64,000 nucleotides of DNA from assembly GCF_048593235.1 (NCBI RefSeq), contig NC_133620.1, forward strand, positions 444,755,261 through 444,819,260, given 5' to 3'. Position 1 is the first letter of the stretch. Every line of letters begins with the position of its first letter. The notes beneath the pieces were generated by a model. It saw nothing but the letters and a program-made list of their open reading frames with translations, ran no database searches and was not told the origin of the DNA. Source of the DNA: Sminthopsis crassicaudata (taxonomy: Eukaryota). Of this stretch, positions 13,206 to 26,500 are shown piece after piece. The position numbers and the translations under genes were made by a program.

Positions 13206-13921
13206 ATGATCAACAAGTTGATTTCAGAGAGGCCTGGAGAGATTTACATAAACTGATGATGAGTGAAACAAACAGAACTAGGGGATCATTATACACTTCA
13301 ATGTGGTATGAGGATGTATTCTGATGGAAGTGGATATCTTCAACAGAGAGAAGAGCTAATCCAATTCCAATTGATCAATGATGGACAGAATCAGCTACTC
13401 CCAGAGAAGGAACACTGGGAAACAAGTGTAAACTGTTGGCATTTTTGTTTTTCTTTCCAGGTTATTTTAACCTTCTGAATCTGATTCTTCCGGTGCAACA
13501 AGAAATTTGGTTCTGCACACATATATTGTATCTAGGATATACTATAACACATTTAACATGTATAAGACTGCCTGCCATTTAGGGGAGGGAGTAGAGGGAA
13601 GAAGGGGAAAATTCGGAACAGAAGTGAGTGCAAGGGATAATGTTGTAAAAAATTACCTATGCATATGTACTGTCAAAAAAAAAGTTATAATTATAAAATT
13701 AATTTTAAAAAAATAAAGTAAAAAAAAAGAAAATACTCAAAAAAGCCCCAAATTGGGGGATGCCTTTTTGGTGAGTTCCCCAAGAGCAGAACTATAAGGA
13801 ATTACAAAGAACTGGAAGTAACTTAATATGAAAGTGGTGAAATATATTGTGGCATATTGTTGTAATGGAATAATGGCACTAAGCATGAGGTTATAGAATA
13901 AAAGTTTGGGGGAAAAAAAAA
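13206..13921 (+). mobile_element. L1 3' end with an extra 3' segment (candidate 3' transduction)
   Basis: L1 tail to ~13733, ~180 bp extra sequence, AATAAA at 13897-13902, second poly(A); 16-bp TSD gaaatggggatcacaa at 13190-13205 and 13922-13937. Confidence 0.85.
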
Positions 13922-16012
13922 GAAATGGGGATCACAAGCCAGTCAATGTTGTGTAATGCTTCTAATTTTCATCAATTTGACAGTTTAAGGATACAAATTT
14001 TATATCACTTAAAAATTACAAAAGATGATGACACTGATTATTTCATATCATCTTCACAGTAACCTTATAAACAGGCAGAATTGGGCTTCTTATGTTTCAT
14101 CTATTTAGGAGACTTCACCTAGAGTGGGCAGAAGATTGAAGTTAAGAACATTTGAGCCCTGATCCCATGACACTTATTAGCTCTGTGATCTTTTACCACA
14201 TATTGCCCCCAGCCAGCATTCTAATCAGATCATTTGTAGACTAGTTGCTCTATAATCATCAATTCTTGAAGGACGGCTTGTTCAAATTTTTATAACCAGG
14301 TAGTGTTATGTTCAGGACTCAACCTTAGGACTTCTGACTTCAAACAGAGTTTGACAAAATTTAATAGTAGACTGTCATGGGGAAAGAGACAATATCAAAG
14401 TGGATCTCTTGGGTGGAGAGTACATATGAAACAGTGACTGGAATTATGGGGCAATTTTAAGCACAGAGCTGATATCATAGATATCAGCAGATGCTATCTT
14501 ATCCAATAAAAATAGAATTCATGTTAAAGAAGAGAAAACAAGGTATGAGTGGAAGATGGAGATGGTGTGAATATAATGGTACTCTTTAATGTGTTCAGAA
14601 GTAGTCGGGGGGAGAGGAAGCTCCTTCAATTGTCCTGAAATGTGTTTAAAATGAAACTTGCCTATCTTGAACTGGAATCAGCAGATCTAGGACCAGAAAT
14701 AGGACCTGCCTCTCACTATTGACATCACCACATGGAACAAGCCCCTTTCTCTGGGCCACAGTGTTTTTTCTTCCATAAGGAAGGTATTGTCCGAGACAAG
14801 TAGATCCTAAGTCTATACTCCTAAAACCCAGGCAGCTGTGATATCCAAGTGTATGAAGATCATGCTGCTTACTCATTCAAATCAAAAGCCACCCTCACTC
14901 TCCTTCCTAACTGGTTTGGCACTTGCTTCATCACTCTCTGCTGCCATCTCTAGTTTGTTACTTCCCCCACAGCACCTTGTCCCACCACCACACATGCAAT
15001 TCTCCTCTCTCTGTCCACTCCACTCTATCTCCCATGAGGAAACTACACTGAGGAGCCAAACCTCAGCCCTTGCACAGCCTTACATTTCCTGGGCTCCTTT
15101 TTCCGTTTCCAACTTCCACCATGACACGTGTAGTTTTTTGTAGCATATGATGTGACATATTGGTCTAAGTTCAGTTTCTCTCTGGCTGCCTTCCAGACCC
15201 AACTGCCTGATTTCTTAGGGTTTGCTAAACACCCTGCATCCCTCTTCACTTGCTTCTGTTTCTGAATGAAGTAACCAGAATCTGGAGAAGAACTAGCAAA
15301 TGAGTGAAATATTTTCAATGAGAACAAATTCAAATAACTCTCTCCCTGCAATAAGTAGTCTTTCCAGCAGAAGGCTGAAGATGAAGGGTGTTTCCCCCTT
15401 TTTCTGGGTAGGTGATAGATGACAAATACCACATGAGACAGACATTTTGACCTATGATCATCACTTTCCTTTGATTATACAATCCCTTACATAGGAAGAC
15501 ACCTTTGAAGCAACTGACGGTAAAGCAAAATTAAGAGATGACAGTACATTCAACTCACAAAACTATTGTGGAACTTTGGTTGTCCAATAATGCTACACCA
15601 ATCATACATGATAAGAATAGAACCCCCTTCCCTGAATCCCTTAACCCCAAATAACATTGAATCCACAGCAAAAAGATAAAGCTTTAGAAAATTTTATTCT
15701 CAAATTTTTATCCTACAGATGTTCGTGGAATCAAGCATTCAAGGATTCTAATTAGTAGCAGGTAAGCTGCCAAGGGAGGTCCCCAGGGAGAAAAGCTATA
15801 TTCCAGAAATGGAACAATAGTACTAGAAAATAACCAACGGTGCCACCAAATAATTTACATAAATTAAGTCTCATAGAGAAGAATGAATTATAATGAGGGA
15901 GAGCATCTCAAAAATAACTGGACTTTGAGGAGAATGCATTTGATTGGGGAAATCCTCAGCTTGGTCCATTTCCCGCAAAGATCCCTTTTTTCAGGCCTCT
16001 GAGCCCCTCAGT

Positions 16013-17318
16013 TCAGCTCAGGTATTTCATGTAGCTCTGCACCCAGGCATCTGTGGGATTGGCGCACACCTGCCGGCCCCTTTTGGTCAGGAACCTGGAG
16101 AGGGAGGAGAAGAGACATTAGAGATCGTGGAAGAAGAGGTGTATCTTTCTGATCCCTCTATGTCTAGCACTGACCACTTCCTACACATCTCTGCAGGTTC
16201 AGAAGGGATAATCCCCTTCTCTAGCAATATCTCTCAGAGCCTTCTGAGTCAATCCCATTCTCTCTAGAGGCTTGTCCAATGGGAAGTGTCTCAGGAAGCC
16301 CCTTTTTGAAATAAAATTCTGTAGCATCAGCTGAGTAAATAGCTCCATGGAGAACCCAACCTTACCCAGAGACAACCTGGGGGACTTCTTTTCCTTCACA
16401 CCAGACATCACCTGGGTCACCTGATTCATCTCTTTGACCAAGGAGCCCAATGGTCCCATTTCTTCTTTCCACCCTCTCCCTGCATCCCCTTGGGATTTCA
16501 GTAGATAGATACTCACACCACAGCTGGCTGGGAACACAGGCTGCTCGTCTCATAATAGTCTGTCACAATTTTTCTCTGGATCTGTTGGCTGACATAGGAG
16601 AAGCAGCAGGAGGTGGGAGGGTTAGAGCCCACTGGAAAGAGGAGAAGGGAGGCAGGAGATTAGTGAGATCACATATTCACACTTTCCCTTCCTTAGCTGC
16701 AGACTCCATCCCAGAGACCCTCTCTGTACTAGGCACACAGGGGATGCAGACTCTCATGTCTCCCTTCCCCGGTTCCCTCCAGTAGCAGGTGTGATTCTCA
16801 CTGTGCCTGGAGGAGAATCAAAGAGCGGCTCCCATGCTCACTGTGTAATTTCAAAATGTGTACATTTTGAAAAGGAAAAAAGGTTCTGTGGGAGCTAGAA
16901 AGAATCTCACTGGTCTGTCCAGACAATTCCTGCCTTTGGCAAGAAAGCCATTTGCTAGGAACCATGTGAGTAATTAGTGCCAGAGCCAGAATGAGAACTC
17001 ATCCAGAGACAAAACTCCATCTAGTGCCTTTTTTGCTCCTTATCTTATCTCCAACTAACATGTATCAAGCAAATACTGTCAAGGGCATGTTAATACTTTC
17101 AAGTCTAAGGCGTCTAATTCCTCCCCTTCCCTTTCAGGACTTTTCCTTGTCAATTAGGATGATCCCTATGGTTAGAGCAAGGATCTATTCAGCCCACAAC
17201 CTCCCCCTGGGCACAGTCACAAAGGGCAGGAGGAAGCTCACTTACTTGGTGCAGAGGATGCCAAAGAGCTGACGGCCATGACCATGAGGATGGAGAGGGC
17301 AGCCACAGAGACCTTCAT
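16013..17318 (-). CDS. CCL4: CCL4-like CC chemokine, copy 3; a 1-nt deletion shortens the C-terminus by 2 aa
   Basis: Exons 17318-17246 (73 nt), 16631-16517, 16094-16013. [89 protein letters not shown]. All four Cys are kept. The ancestral stop at 16008-16010 is now out of frame. Confidence 0.85.
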
Positions 17319-17403
17319 GATCCTGAGAGGAGAGAGGAACTGGTGGATCAGGGCACAGGCTGAGAGATTCTGGAGATCTGTTCTGTCTCATGTTTGGACC
17401 CTC

Positions 17404-17510
17404 TTTTTATAGGAGCATCTGGCAGATCCACAAAGAAAGCATAGAACAGAAAAATGGAGAAGTGATGTCATGGTAGGAGATGGAAACTATAACTGAGCCC
17501 AGTAAATGTA
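17404..17510 (-). promoter_or_regulatory. Copy 3 proximal promoter (truncated)
   Basis: TATA 17411-17404 and TGACATCA present. The kB site is absent and ~0.8 kb of upstream promoter is deleted relative to the paralogs. Confidence 0.6.
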
Positions 17511-20500
17511 AGGATCTTTCATGTCATTGCCTCTAGGCAGTATTTTAATTAGATCATTTGTAGACTAGTTTCTCTATGATTATCAATTGTTACTGGATGG
17601 CTTGTCCAAATTTTAATCACCAGGAAGTAATATGTTCAGGACCCTACTTAGGACTTCTGATTTCAGCCAGGGTTTGAGAAAATTTAAAAAGTGCCCTGTA
17701 ATGGGAAAAGCAGCAATAAGAGAGTGAATCTTTGGGGAGGTGGGCACATATAAAACAATGATTAGAATTATGGGCATTTTTGCATATATAATGAACATAG
17801 GTATGAGCGTAGGCTGGTTTATCCAATAAAAATAGGACTCATGTTAAAGAAGAGAAAATAATTCGTGAGTGGAAGATAGAGATGGGTGTGGATATAATGA
17901 TACTCTTTAATCTGTTCAGAAGTTGTAGGGTGGGACAGGACTCACCTCTCACTACTGGAGTCATTAAATGGAACAAGCCCTGTCTTTAGACCCCAGTGTT
18001 TTTTTTTCCTGCATGAGGAAGGTATTGCCCAAGACAATTAACATTCCTTTAAGTTCTAAGTATACATTCCTAAATGTTAGGCAGTTATGATATTCAAGTT
18101 GTATGAAGATCATGCTGCTTACTCATCCAAATCAAAAGCCACCCTCACGCTCCTTCCTAACTGGTTTTGCACTTGCTTCATTATTCTCTGCTGCCATCTC
18201 TAATTTGTTACTTCCCCCTTGTCCCACCACCACACATGCAATTCTCCTCTCTCTGTCCACTCCACACTATCTCCCATGAGTGAGGAGCCAAACCTCAGCC
18301 CTTGCACAGCTTTACATGTCTCCTTTTTCAGTGTCCAACTTCCACCATGACACATGTAGTTTTTTATAGCATATGATGTGACATATTGGTCTAAACTCAG
18401 TTTCTCTCTTGCTGCTTTCCAGACCCAACTGCCTGATTTCTTTGGATTTGCTAAACACCCTGCATCCATCTTCACTTGCTTCTAATTCTGAATGAAAGAT
18501 CCAGAATCTGGAGAAGAACTAGCAAATGAGTGAAATATTTTCAATGAGAACAAATTCAAATGCCTCTCTCCCTGCAATAAGTAGTCTTTCCAGCAGAAGG
18601 CTGAAGATGAAGGGCATTTCCCTCTTTTGCTAGTGAGATGATAGATGCAAAAAGACATTTTGACCCATGGATATCACTTTTCTTTGATTATACACATTCA
18701 CATTCACATTCATAAGAAGACTACTTCAAGGCAAATGACAGCAATGCAAAACTAAAAAAGAAAAAAAAGAAAAAGCAATAATGAAAACTGAGAGGAGAAA
18801 AGGAATTCTAGAAGGAAAGACAAGTAAGGAAATTGATTTACTATTGTGATAAACTCAGCATATTCCTGAAAACATAAGAGTATATTCAGAAGAAGGTCAT
18901 ATATTCATAAACCCTTCACTTTTCTGTTCTTCATATACAGAAATGTTCACATTTGTGGATGTTTTATTATTCATAAATAAATAATAGTTAATAAAATTAA
19001 GAATAAAATAAAAGAATAAAAAATAGTTAATTAATTAATGAAATGTGAGAGTCATGGCAAGTTGAGAGACAATGGAACAAGAGTCTGCGTATCACTTTCT
19101 TTTGGTGAATGCTTGAGATTACAGAACCTAAACTTGACTTGTTAGGTTGGGACTGTGGCCATTCTCTGGGCTCAGGGCTTCCTCTTCCTTCCATGTCATG
19201 AGTTTGTTCCTTAGTGACATACTCGCTAAATTGAGTGACATGGGACATAGAGAGATCCAAGGGAATATAGAGATCCAATATAAGAATGCCATAGGAGTAT
19301 GTCCTCAAAAGACCGAATCACAAGTTCAGTGCTACAGTAAAACTATAGAAACATCTTGTTTAGATTTTCACTAGAACACAGGGGCTCTGGGAGAAGAAAG
19401 AAAGGGAGAATGGAATAAGGTATCACTACATACTCCTGACCCAAGAAAGAAGAGAGAAGAGAAATCAAGTCTGAGCTTTAGCATTCCCTCTTGTCTACAG
19501 AGAGAAAGAAGACTTCTTTTTCCAAGAACTTTAGACTGAAACAAGGCTCTCACTCACAACTGAGCTCAGAGTCTGCCTTTGTGCAGAGGTGGTGTAGTAC
19601 AATGGGTAGAACGTTGAATTTGTGTCAGGGAGAGTGAGGTCAAAATCCTACCCCTAATACTGACTAACCTACAAAGTGACCCTGGAAAGTGAGCCAATCA
19701 TGCTCAGCCTACAGACACTGACCCTCCACCTTCCTAATCTTTTACATTTCCAATGTTTTGCTGACCTTCTCCCTTCATGTTAAAAGCTTTGTTTCAAGCT
19801 TTGAGTGTAACAGACATTTAGAAATTTATGATGTAAAATCTCCATTGACAGAAATAAAATGTAATTATTAAAGGAGATCAAAAAATGTACAAGTACCTCT
19901 TTGGGCTTCCTTCACTTGGGTTTTTCCCCCCTGGGGCTGTTTTGTGACCCACTCAACTTTTAGGAGAACAGGATTGATTCCCTCTTATTCCCTGTGGTGG
20001 CCATTCCAAATTAGCTTGGTAGATAGAAATTATGCTATTATTCAGAGTGTAGAGCAGTGTTGGAATTCAGCCTTGGATATTTCACAGCTGTATGATTGTG
20101 GAAAAATCAATATTTCAGAGCCTCACATTCCTCTTCCATTACATGGAAATAAATATAGTCCTTCTCCCTGTTTCACATGAGTTATTGAGAGAAAATTCAG
20201 TTCTTTGGAGACTTCAAAATGCCCCTTTGAATGAAAGTTCTGGAATTCAGGATCAAGGATTTAGATTTCCAAATCCAAGAACATTAGAGGGCAGGAAGTC
20301 TACTATGAACTCATTTTTCTTCCCAATTCCTAATCTCCCTCAAGACTTCATCTCCTCAAAAACCTCATGTTGCAGACAGTGGAGGGAGAGTGATATCACT
20401 GCCCACCTACCACCAGCAATAACTAATAAAAACCAGCAAACAATAATATACAACCTTTGGCTCAATAGAGCACTTTATGAGTATGAAAGGATGCTGCCTC

Positions 20501-20674
20501 TGTTATCTCATGTCAGACTTAGGGATCTGTTATCTTAAATTATTTTAAGGAATAACCTTGAAGATTAAATCTTGAAGGAATTGGCCAAGATCACACACTT
20601 AATATTTGACAAAGGCCAATTGGGAACTCCAAGGAAAACAGATGCATTTCAGGAACATAGATATGGAATATTAT

Positions 20675-20915
20675 GTACAGCACTGGTCATAGAATCAGAC
20701 TTATCTTCCCAAGCTCAATTTTGGCCTCAGACACTTTCTAGCTGTATGACCTTGGGCAAATCACCTTATCTGGTTTGTCTTATCTTTGTATCTGTCCAAT
20801 ACCCAGGAGAAGAAAATGGCAAAAAAAATACTCCAGTATCTCTGCCAAGAAAATTCCAAAGGGGTTCACAAAGAGTTAGATATAGCTGATATGACTGAGC
20901 AACAATAACAAAACA
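20675..20915 (+). mobile_element. MAR1-like marsupial SINE, duplicated with the unit
   Basis: CORE-SINE body plus tail ggagaagaaaatggcaaa...actccagtatctctgccaagaaaa...tgactgagcaacaa; paralogs at ~27340-28610 (interrupted by L1) and ~34760-35000. Confidence 0.7.
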
Positions 20916-21922
20916 ATAGTTATCTACTCAAACAAGTGACTGAAAAAATCCCCACTATCACATTCTTTGTGGATAGTCACTTAACTTCTATTTACAAACC
21001 TAAATGAGAGAAGGATCTCACAACAGCTTAACACAGCCCATTTCACCATGGACAGCTATCAGTCTTAAGTTTTCCAAATGTCAGGCCCAATTTAGATCCT
21101 AACAAATCACACCCTTTGCCTCTGTTTCTATCCATGAGTCCTAGAGACTCATCTCAATTTTTCCAATACTTGAAAACTTCCAATAGTTGAAAGCAGAAAT
21201 CATGGCTCTTCTCTTTTCCCCACTGACCGTCCCTAGTTCCTTCTAATCATCCTTTTTTGATTCTAGGCACCTGACATCCTTGATTGCTTCCTATAGACAA
21301 TGTCCAGCTATCTAATGTTCCTCTGAAACTGTGGTTACCAAAGCAGACTAAAGACTTCCTGAGTGGTCTCATGAGCTCAGAGCAATGGCCATATTGCCTC
21401 TCTGTTCCTGAAAGCTTACTTCACAATAGGGATCCATCTGGGATTTGGGGAGTCAACCTGTAAGATGGCAGTACATTCAACTCCAGAGCTATTACAGAAC
21501 TCTGGTTGTCCAAGGATGCTACACCAATCTTATGTAAAAAGAGCAAAACCCCTTCTCCTGAACCCTCATCCCGAAATGACATTAAGACTACACCAAAGAG
21601 ATATGGTTTTGAAAACTTTTATTTTGAAATTTTCATGCTACATGAAATGGAGCAGGGGATCCAAAAGTCTCTCAGGAAGAGAAGCCAGGATGATAATAGA
21701 GAGTCCCATGGGGACCAGTTGTCTTCCAGAAATGGAACAATGGAACTAATAAATACCCAAAGTCAACACCAAATAAATTCCATAAATTAAGTCTCACAGA
21801 GAAGAATGGATTATCACAGGGGAGAAGGAAGGCTGAACTGCGGGGAGAATGTATCTGAGGAGGGAAATGCTCAGCTTGGTCCATTTCCCACAAAGATCCC
21901 TTGTTTCAGGCCTCTGAGCCCC

Positions 21923-23171
21923 TCAGTTCAGCTCCAGGTCTTCCACGTAGCTCTGCACCCAGGCATCAGAGGGATTGGCGCACACCTGCCGGCCCCTTTT
22001 GGTCAGGAACCTGAGGAGGGAGGGGAGGAGAGATTAGAGATCATGGAAGAAGAGGGGTTTCTTCCTATTCCCTCCACTTCCAGTACAGACCGATTCCTGA
22101 ACATCTCTGCAGGGAGAGAAGGGACAACCCTCATCTCTAGCAATATCTCTCAGACCTTTCTGATTTAATCCCATTCTCTCTAGAGGCTTGTCCACTGGAG
22201 GGTCTCTCAGGAAGCCCCTTGTTAAAATGAAATTCTGTAACATCAGCTGGGTATGTAGCTCCATGGAGAACCCAACCTTAGCCAGAGACAACCTGGGGGA
22301 CTTCTTTTCCTTCACACCAGACATCACCTGGGTCACCTGATTCATCTCTTTGACCAGGGAGCCCAATGGTCCCATTTCTTCTTTCCGCCCTCTCCCTGTA
22401 TCCCCTTGGGATTTCAGTAGATAGATACTCACACCACAGCTGGCTGGGAGCACCGGCTGCTCGTCTCATAATAGTCTGTCACAATTTTTCTCTGGATCTG
22501 TTGGCTGACATAGGAGAAGCAGCAGGAGGTGGGAGGGTCAGAGCCCACTGGAAAGAGGAGAAGGGAGGCAGGAGATTAGTGAGATCACATGTTCACACCT
22601 TCCCTTCCTTAGGGGCAGACTCCATCCCAGAGACCCTCTCTGTACTAGGCACACAGGGGATGTGTACTCTGATGTCTTCCTTGCTCTGCTTCCCTCCAGT
22701 AGCAGGTGTGATTCTCACTGTGCCTGGAGGAGAATCAAAGATCGGCTCCCATGCTCACTATGTACATTTTGAACAAAACAAATAGTGTGGGAGCTAGAAA
22801 GAATCGTACAGGTCTGCCCAGACAATTCCTGCCTTTGGCAAGAAAGCCGCTTTGAGTAATTAGTGGCAGAGCCAGAATGAGGACTTAGACACAGAACTCA
22901 ACCTAGTGCCTTTTTTACCCCCCTCTCCTATCTCCATCTAACATTTAACAAGCAAATACTTCAAGTCCAAAGCACATAAATCCTACCCTTCCCTTCCAGG
23001 ACTCCTCCTCAAATTAGGATGATCCCTGTGGTTAGAGCAAAGATCTATCTAGCCCATGACCTCCCCCTGGGCCCAGAGTCAGGAGGAAGCTCACTTACTT
23101 GGTGCAGAAGATGCCAGAGAGCTGAAGGCCATGACCAGGAGGATGGAGAGGGCAGCCACAGAGACCTTCAT
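21923..23171 (-). CDS. CCL4: CCL4-like CC chemokine, copy 4, intact
   Basis: Exons 23171-23099, 22547-22433, 22010-21923. [91 protein letters not shown]. Confidence 0.95.
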
Positions 23172-23258
23172 GATCCTGAGAGGAGAGAGGAGCTGGTGGA
23201 TCAGGGCACAGGCTGAGAGATTCTGGAGATCTGTTCTCTGTCTCATGCGTGGACCCTC

Positions 23259-23500
23259 TTTTTATAGGGGCACCTGGGAGATCCCAGAAAGAAAGCACAG
23301 AACAGAAATGGAAATTCCAGTGAAGTGATGTCATGGTAGGAGATAGAAACTAAAACTGAGCCCAGGAAAGGTTGCTGTCAAGGCCTGAGGTTCTCCCCCC
23401 AAGACAGCTTCACTGTGGGGGAAAGAGGAGGGGGAATGAAGAGGGAAGATGCCTGCATGTGGTGGGTGACAAGTTGCTAAGGGGGAAGTGGTGAACTTGT
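23259..23500 (-). promoter_or_regulatory. Copy 4 proximal promoter
   Basis: TATA 23266-23259; TGGAATTTCC at 23319-23310; TGACATCA at ~23327-23334. Confidence 0.7.
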
Positions 23501-26500
23501 GATAGCAGCAGAGACAGAGGAAACCTATGCAAAACCAAATAAGAAAGAGAGTTTTGTTGACCCAGAACATGAAAGAATATTCAGTCTGACCTTCATACTA
23601 TTTTGATATCATAACTGCCTAGATGCTACCACTGTAGTTTTAGAGTTAGAAGGATAATTTTGATTCAACACTTGTATGTTCCAGCAAAAGAATAATAAAA
23701 AACAGGAACAACAAGAACTCTTGTTCCAGAGAGAAGTGACTTGTCTAAGATCACACTAATAGTTAGAAACAGATGCCGTATATATTTCCAGATCTGCTGA
23801 CTCCATATCTTTGTACTGACAGACAATGCTCCATATGGAGAAACCTCCATTAGTCCTTCAAGGGCACTCAGGGAGAATTCTTGTGGAAACGATGATCACA
23901 AGCCAGTCAGTGAAATGAAGATTCCATCCCTCTGCTTTGTTGTGTGATGCTTCTAATTTTCATCAGTTTGGCAATTTAAGGATACAAATTTTGTGTCATT
24001 TACAGGATACAAAAGATCATGACAGTGATTATCTCAGATCATCTTCATGATCTTATAAAAAGGGCAGAAATGATATTCTTATGTCTCATCTATTTAAGAG
24101 ACTTGCCCTAAAGTGGATAGAAGATTGAAGTCAAGAATACCCAAGTCCTGCTTATGACACTTATTAGCTTTCTGACCTTTCACTTCATATTATCCCCAGT
24201 CCAAATTTCAATCAGATCATGTGTAGACTAGTTGCTGTATAATTATCATTGGCTTGTCCAATGATGACTCCTCCAAATTGTAATAAAGAGGAAGTGAAAT
24301 GTTCAGGACTCAACCTTAGGACTTCTGATTTCAGGCAAGATTTGAGAAAATTAAATAGTACACTGACATGGGAGAAGAGGCAATATGAGAGTAAATCTCT
24401 GGGGAGGAGGGTACATATGAAACAATGATTAGAATTATGGGGCAGTTTTAAGTACATGCTGATCATAAGTATGAGCAGTGCTTGTTTTATCCAATAAAAA
24501 TAGAATTCATGTTCAGAGAAAAAATGTGTGAGGGGAAGATGGAGATAGGTGTGGATATAACGCTACTCTTTAAGGTGTTCAGAAGTGGTACGGTGGGACA
24601 GGCAGCTCTTTCAATTGTCCTGAAATTTGTTTAAGATACAACTTTCCTATCCTGACCTGGAGTCAGCAGATCTGGGACCAGATACGGGATCTGCCTCTCA
24701 CCGCTGGAGTCACAAATAGAACAAGCCCCTTCTCTGGGCCCCAGTGTTTTTTCTTGCATAAGGAGGGCTGTCCAAAACAACTAACAGTCCTTCAAGGCCT
24801 AAGTCTACACTCCTAAGACCCAGGCAGCTGTGATATCCAAGTGTATGAAGATCATGCTGCTTACTCATTCAAATCAAAAGCCACCCTCACTTTCCTTCCT
24901 AACTGGTTTTGCACTTGCTTCATCACTCTCTGCTGCCATCTCTAGTTTGTTACTTCCCCCTTGTCCCACCACCACACACGCAATTCTCCTCTCTCTGTCC
25001 ACTCCACTCTATCTCCCATAAGAAAACTACATTGAGGAGCCAAACCTCAGCCTTGCACAGCCTTACATTTCCTGGGCTCCTTTTTCAGTTTCCAAGTTCC
25101 ACCATGACACGTGCCGTTTCTTGTAGCGTATGATGTGACATATTGGTCTAAGCTCAGTTTCCTTCTGGCTGCCTTCCAGACCCAATTGCCTGATTTCCTA
25201 GGGTTTGCTAAACACCCTGCATCCCTCTTTACTTGCTTCATTTCTGAATGTAGTAACCAGAATCTGGAGAAGAACTAGCAAATGGGTGGAATACTTTCAA
25301 TGAGAACAAATTCAAATAACTCTCTCCCTGCAATAAGTAATCTTTCCAGCAGAAGGCTGAAGATGAAGGGTGTTTCCTTTGCTGATAAGGTGATCCATGC
25401 GAAATACACATTTTGAGATACACATTTTGACCCATGGATATCACTTTTCTTTTATGATGCACATTCACTTTTATAGAAAGAATCCTTTGAGGCAATTGGC
25501 AGCAATGCAAAAAAAAAAAAAAAAAAAAAAAAGAGAAAGAAAGAAAAGAACAATAATGAAAATTGAGAAGAGAAAGGGAATTCTAGTAGGAAAGACAGGT
25601 AAGGAAATTGATTTACTGTTGTGATTAACTCAGCATATTCCTGAAAACACAAGAGTATATTCAGAAGAAGGGCACAGATTCATACACCCTTCACTTTTCT
25701 GTTCTTTATATGGAGAAATGTTTATATTTGTGGATGTTTTATTATTCAGAATAAAAAATAATGAATGAATGAATGAAATGCGAGAGTCATGGCAATTTGC
25801 GAGATACTCTGATGAGAGTCTGTGTATCACTTTCTTTTGGTGAGTGCATGGGATTACAGAACCTAACCTTGCCTTCTTAGGTTTGAACTGTGGCTATTCT
25901 CTGGGCTTAGGGCTTCCTCTTCCTTCCTGTGCTGAGAGCCATAAATTACTCTCTCTATGTCCTCAAAAGACCAAATCACAAGTTCGGTGCTACAGTAAAA
26001 CTATAGAAACATCTTGTTTAGATTTTCACTAGAACACAGGGGCTCTGGGAGAAGAAGGAAAGGGAGAATGGAATAAGGAATCACTACACACTCCTGACCC
26101 AAGAAAAAAGAGAGAAAAGAAATCAAGTCTGAGCTTTAGCATTCCCTCTTGTCTACAGAGAGAAAGAAGACTTCTTTTTCCTTGAACTTTAGACTGAAAC
26201 AAGGCTCTCACTCACAACTGAGCTCAGAGTCTGCCTTTGTGCAGAGGTGGTGTAGTACAATGGGTAGAACGTTGAATTGGTGTCAGGGAGAGTGAGGTCA
26301 AAATCCTACCCCTAATACTGACTAGCCTACAAAGTGACCCTGGAAAGTGAGCCAATCATGCTCAGCCTACAGACACTGACCCTCCACCTTCCTAATCTTT
26401 TACATTTCCAATGTTTTGCTGACTTTCTCCCTTCATGTTAAAAGCTTTGTTTCAAGCTTTGAGTGTAACAGACATTTAGAAATTCATGGTTTAAAATCTC

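Noticed and set aside
16013-17318. Calling copies 3 and 6 pseudogenes
   Set aside because: The frameshifts are in the last few codons of the last exon (no NMD expected), and all four Cys, splice sites, TATA and AATAAA are intact. Status is left open pending expression data.
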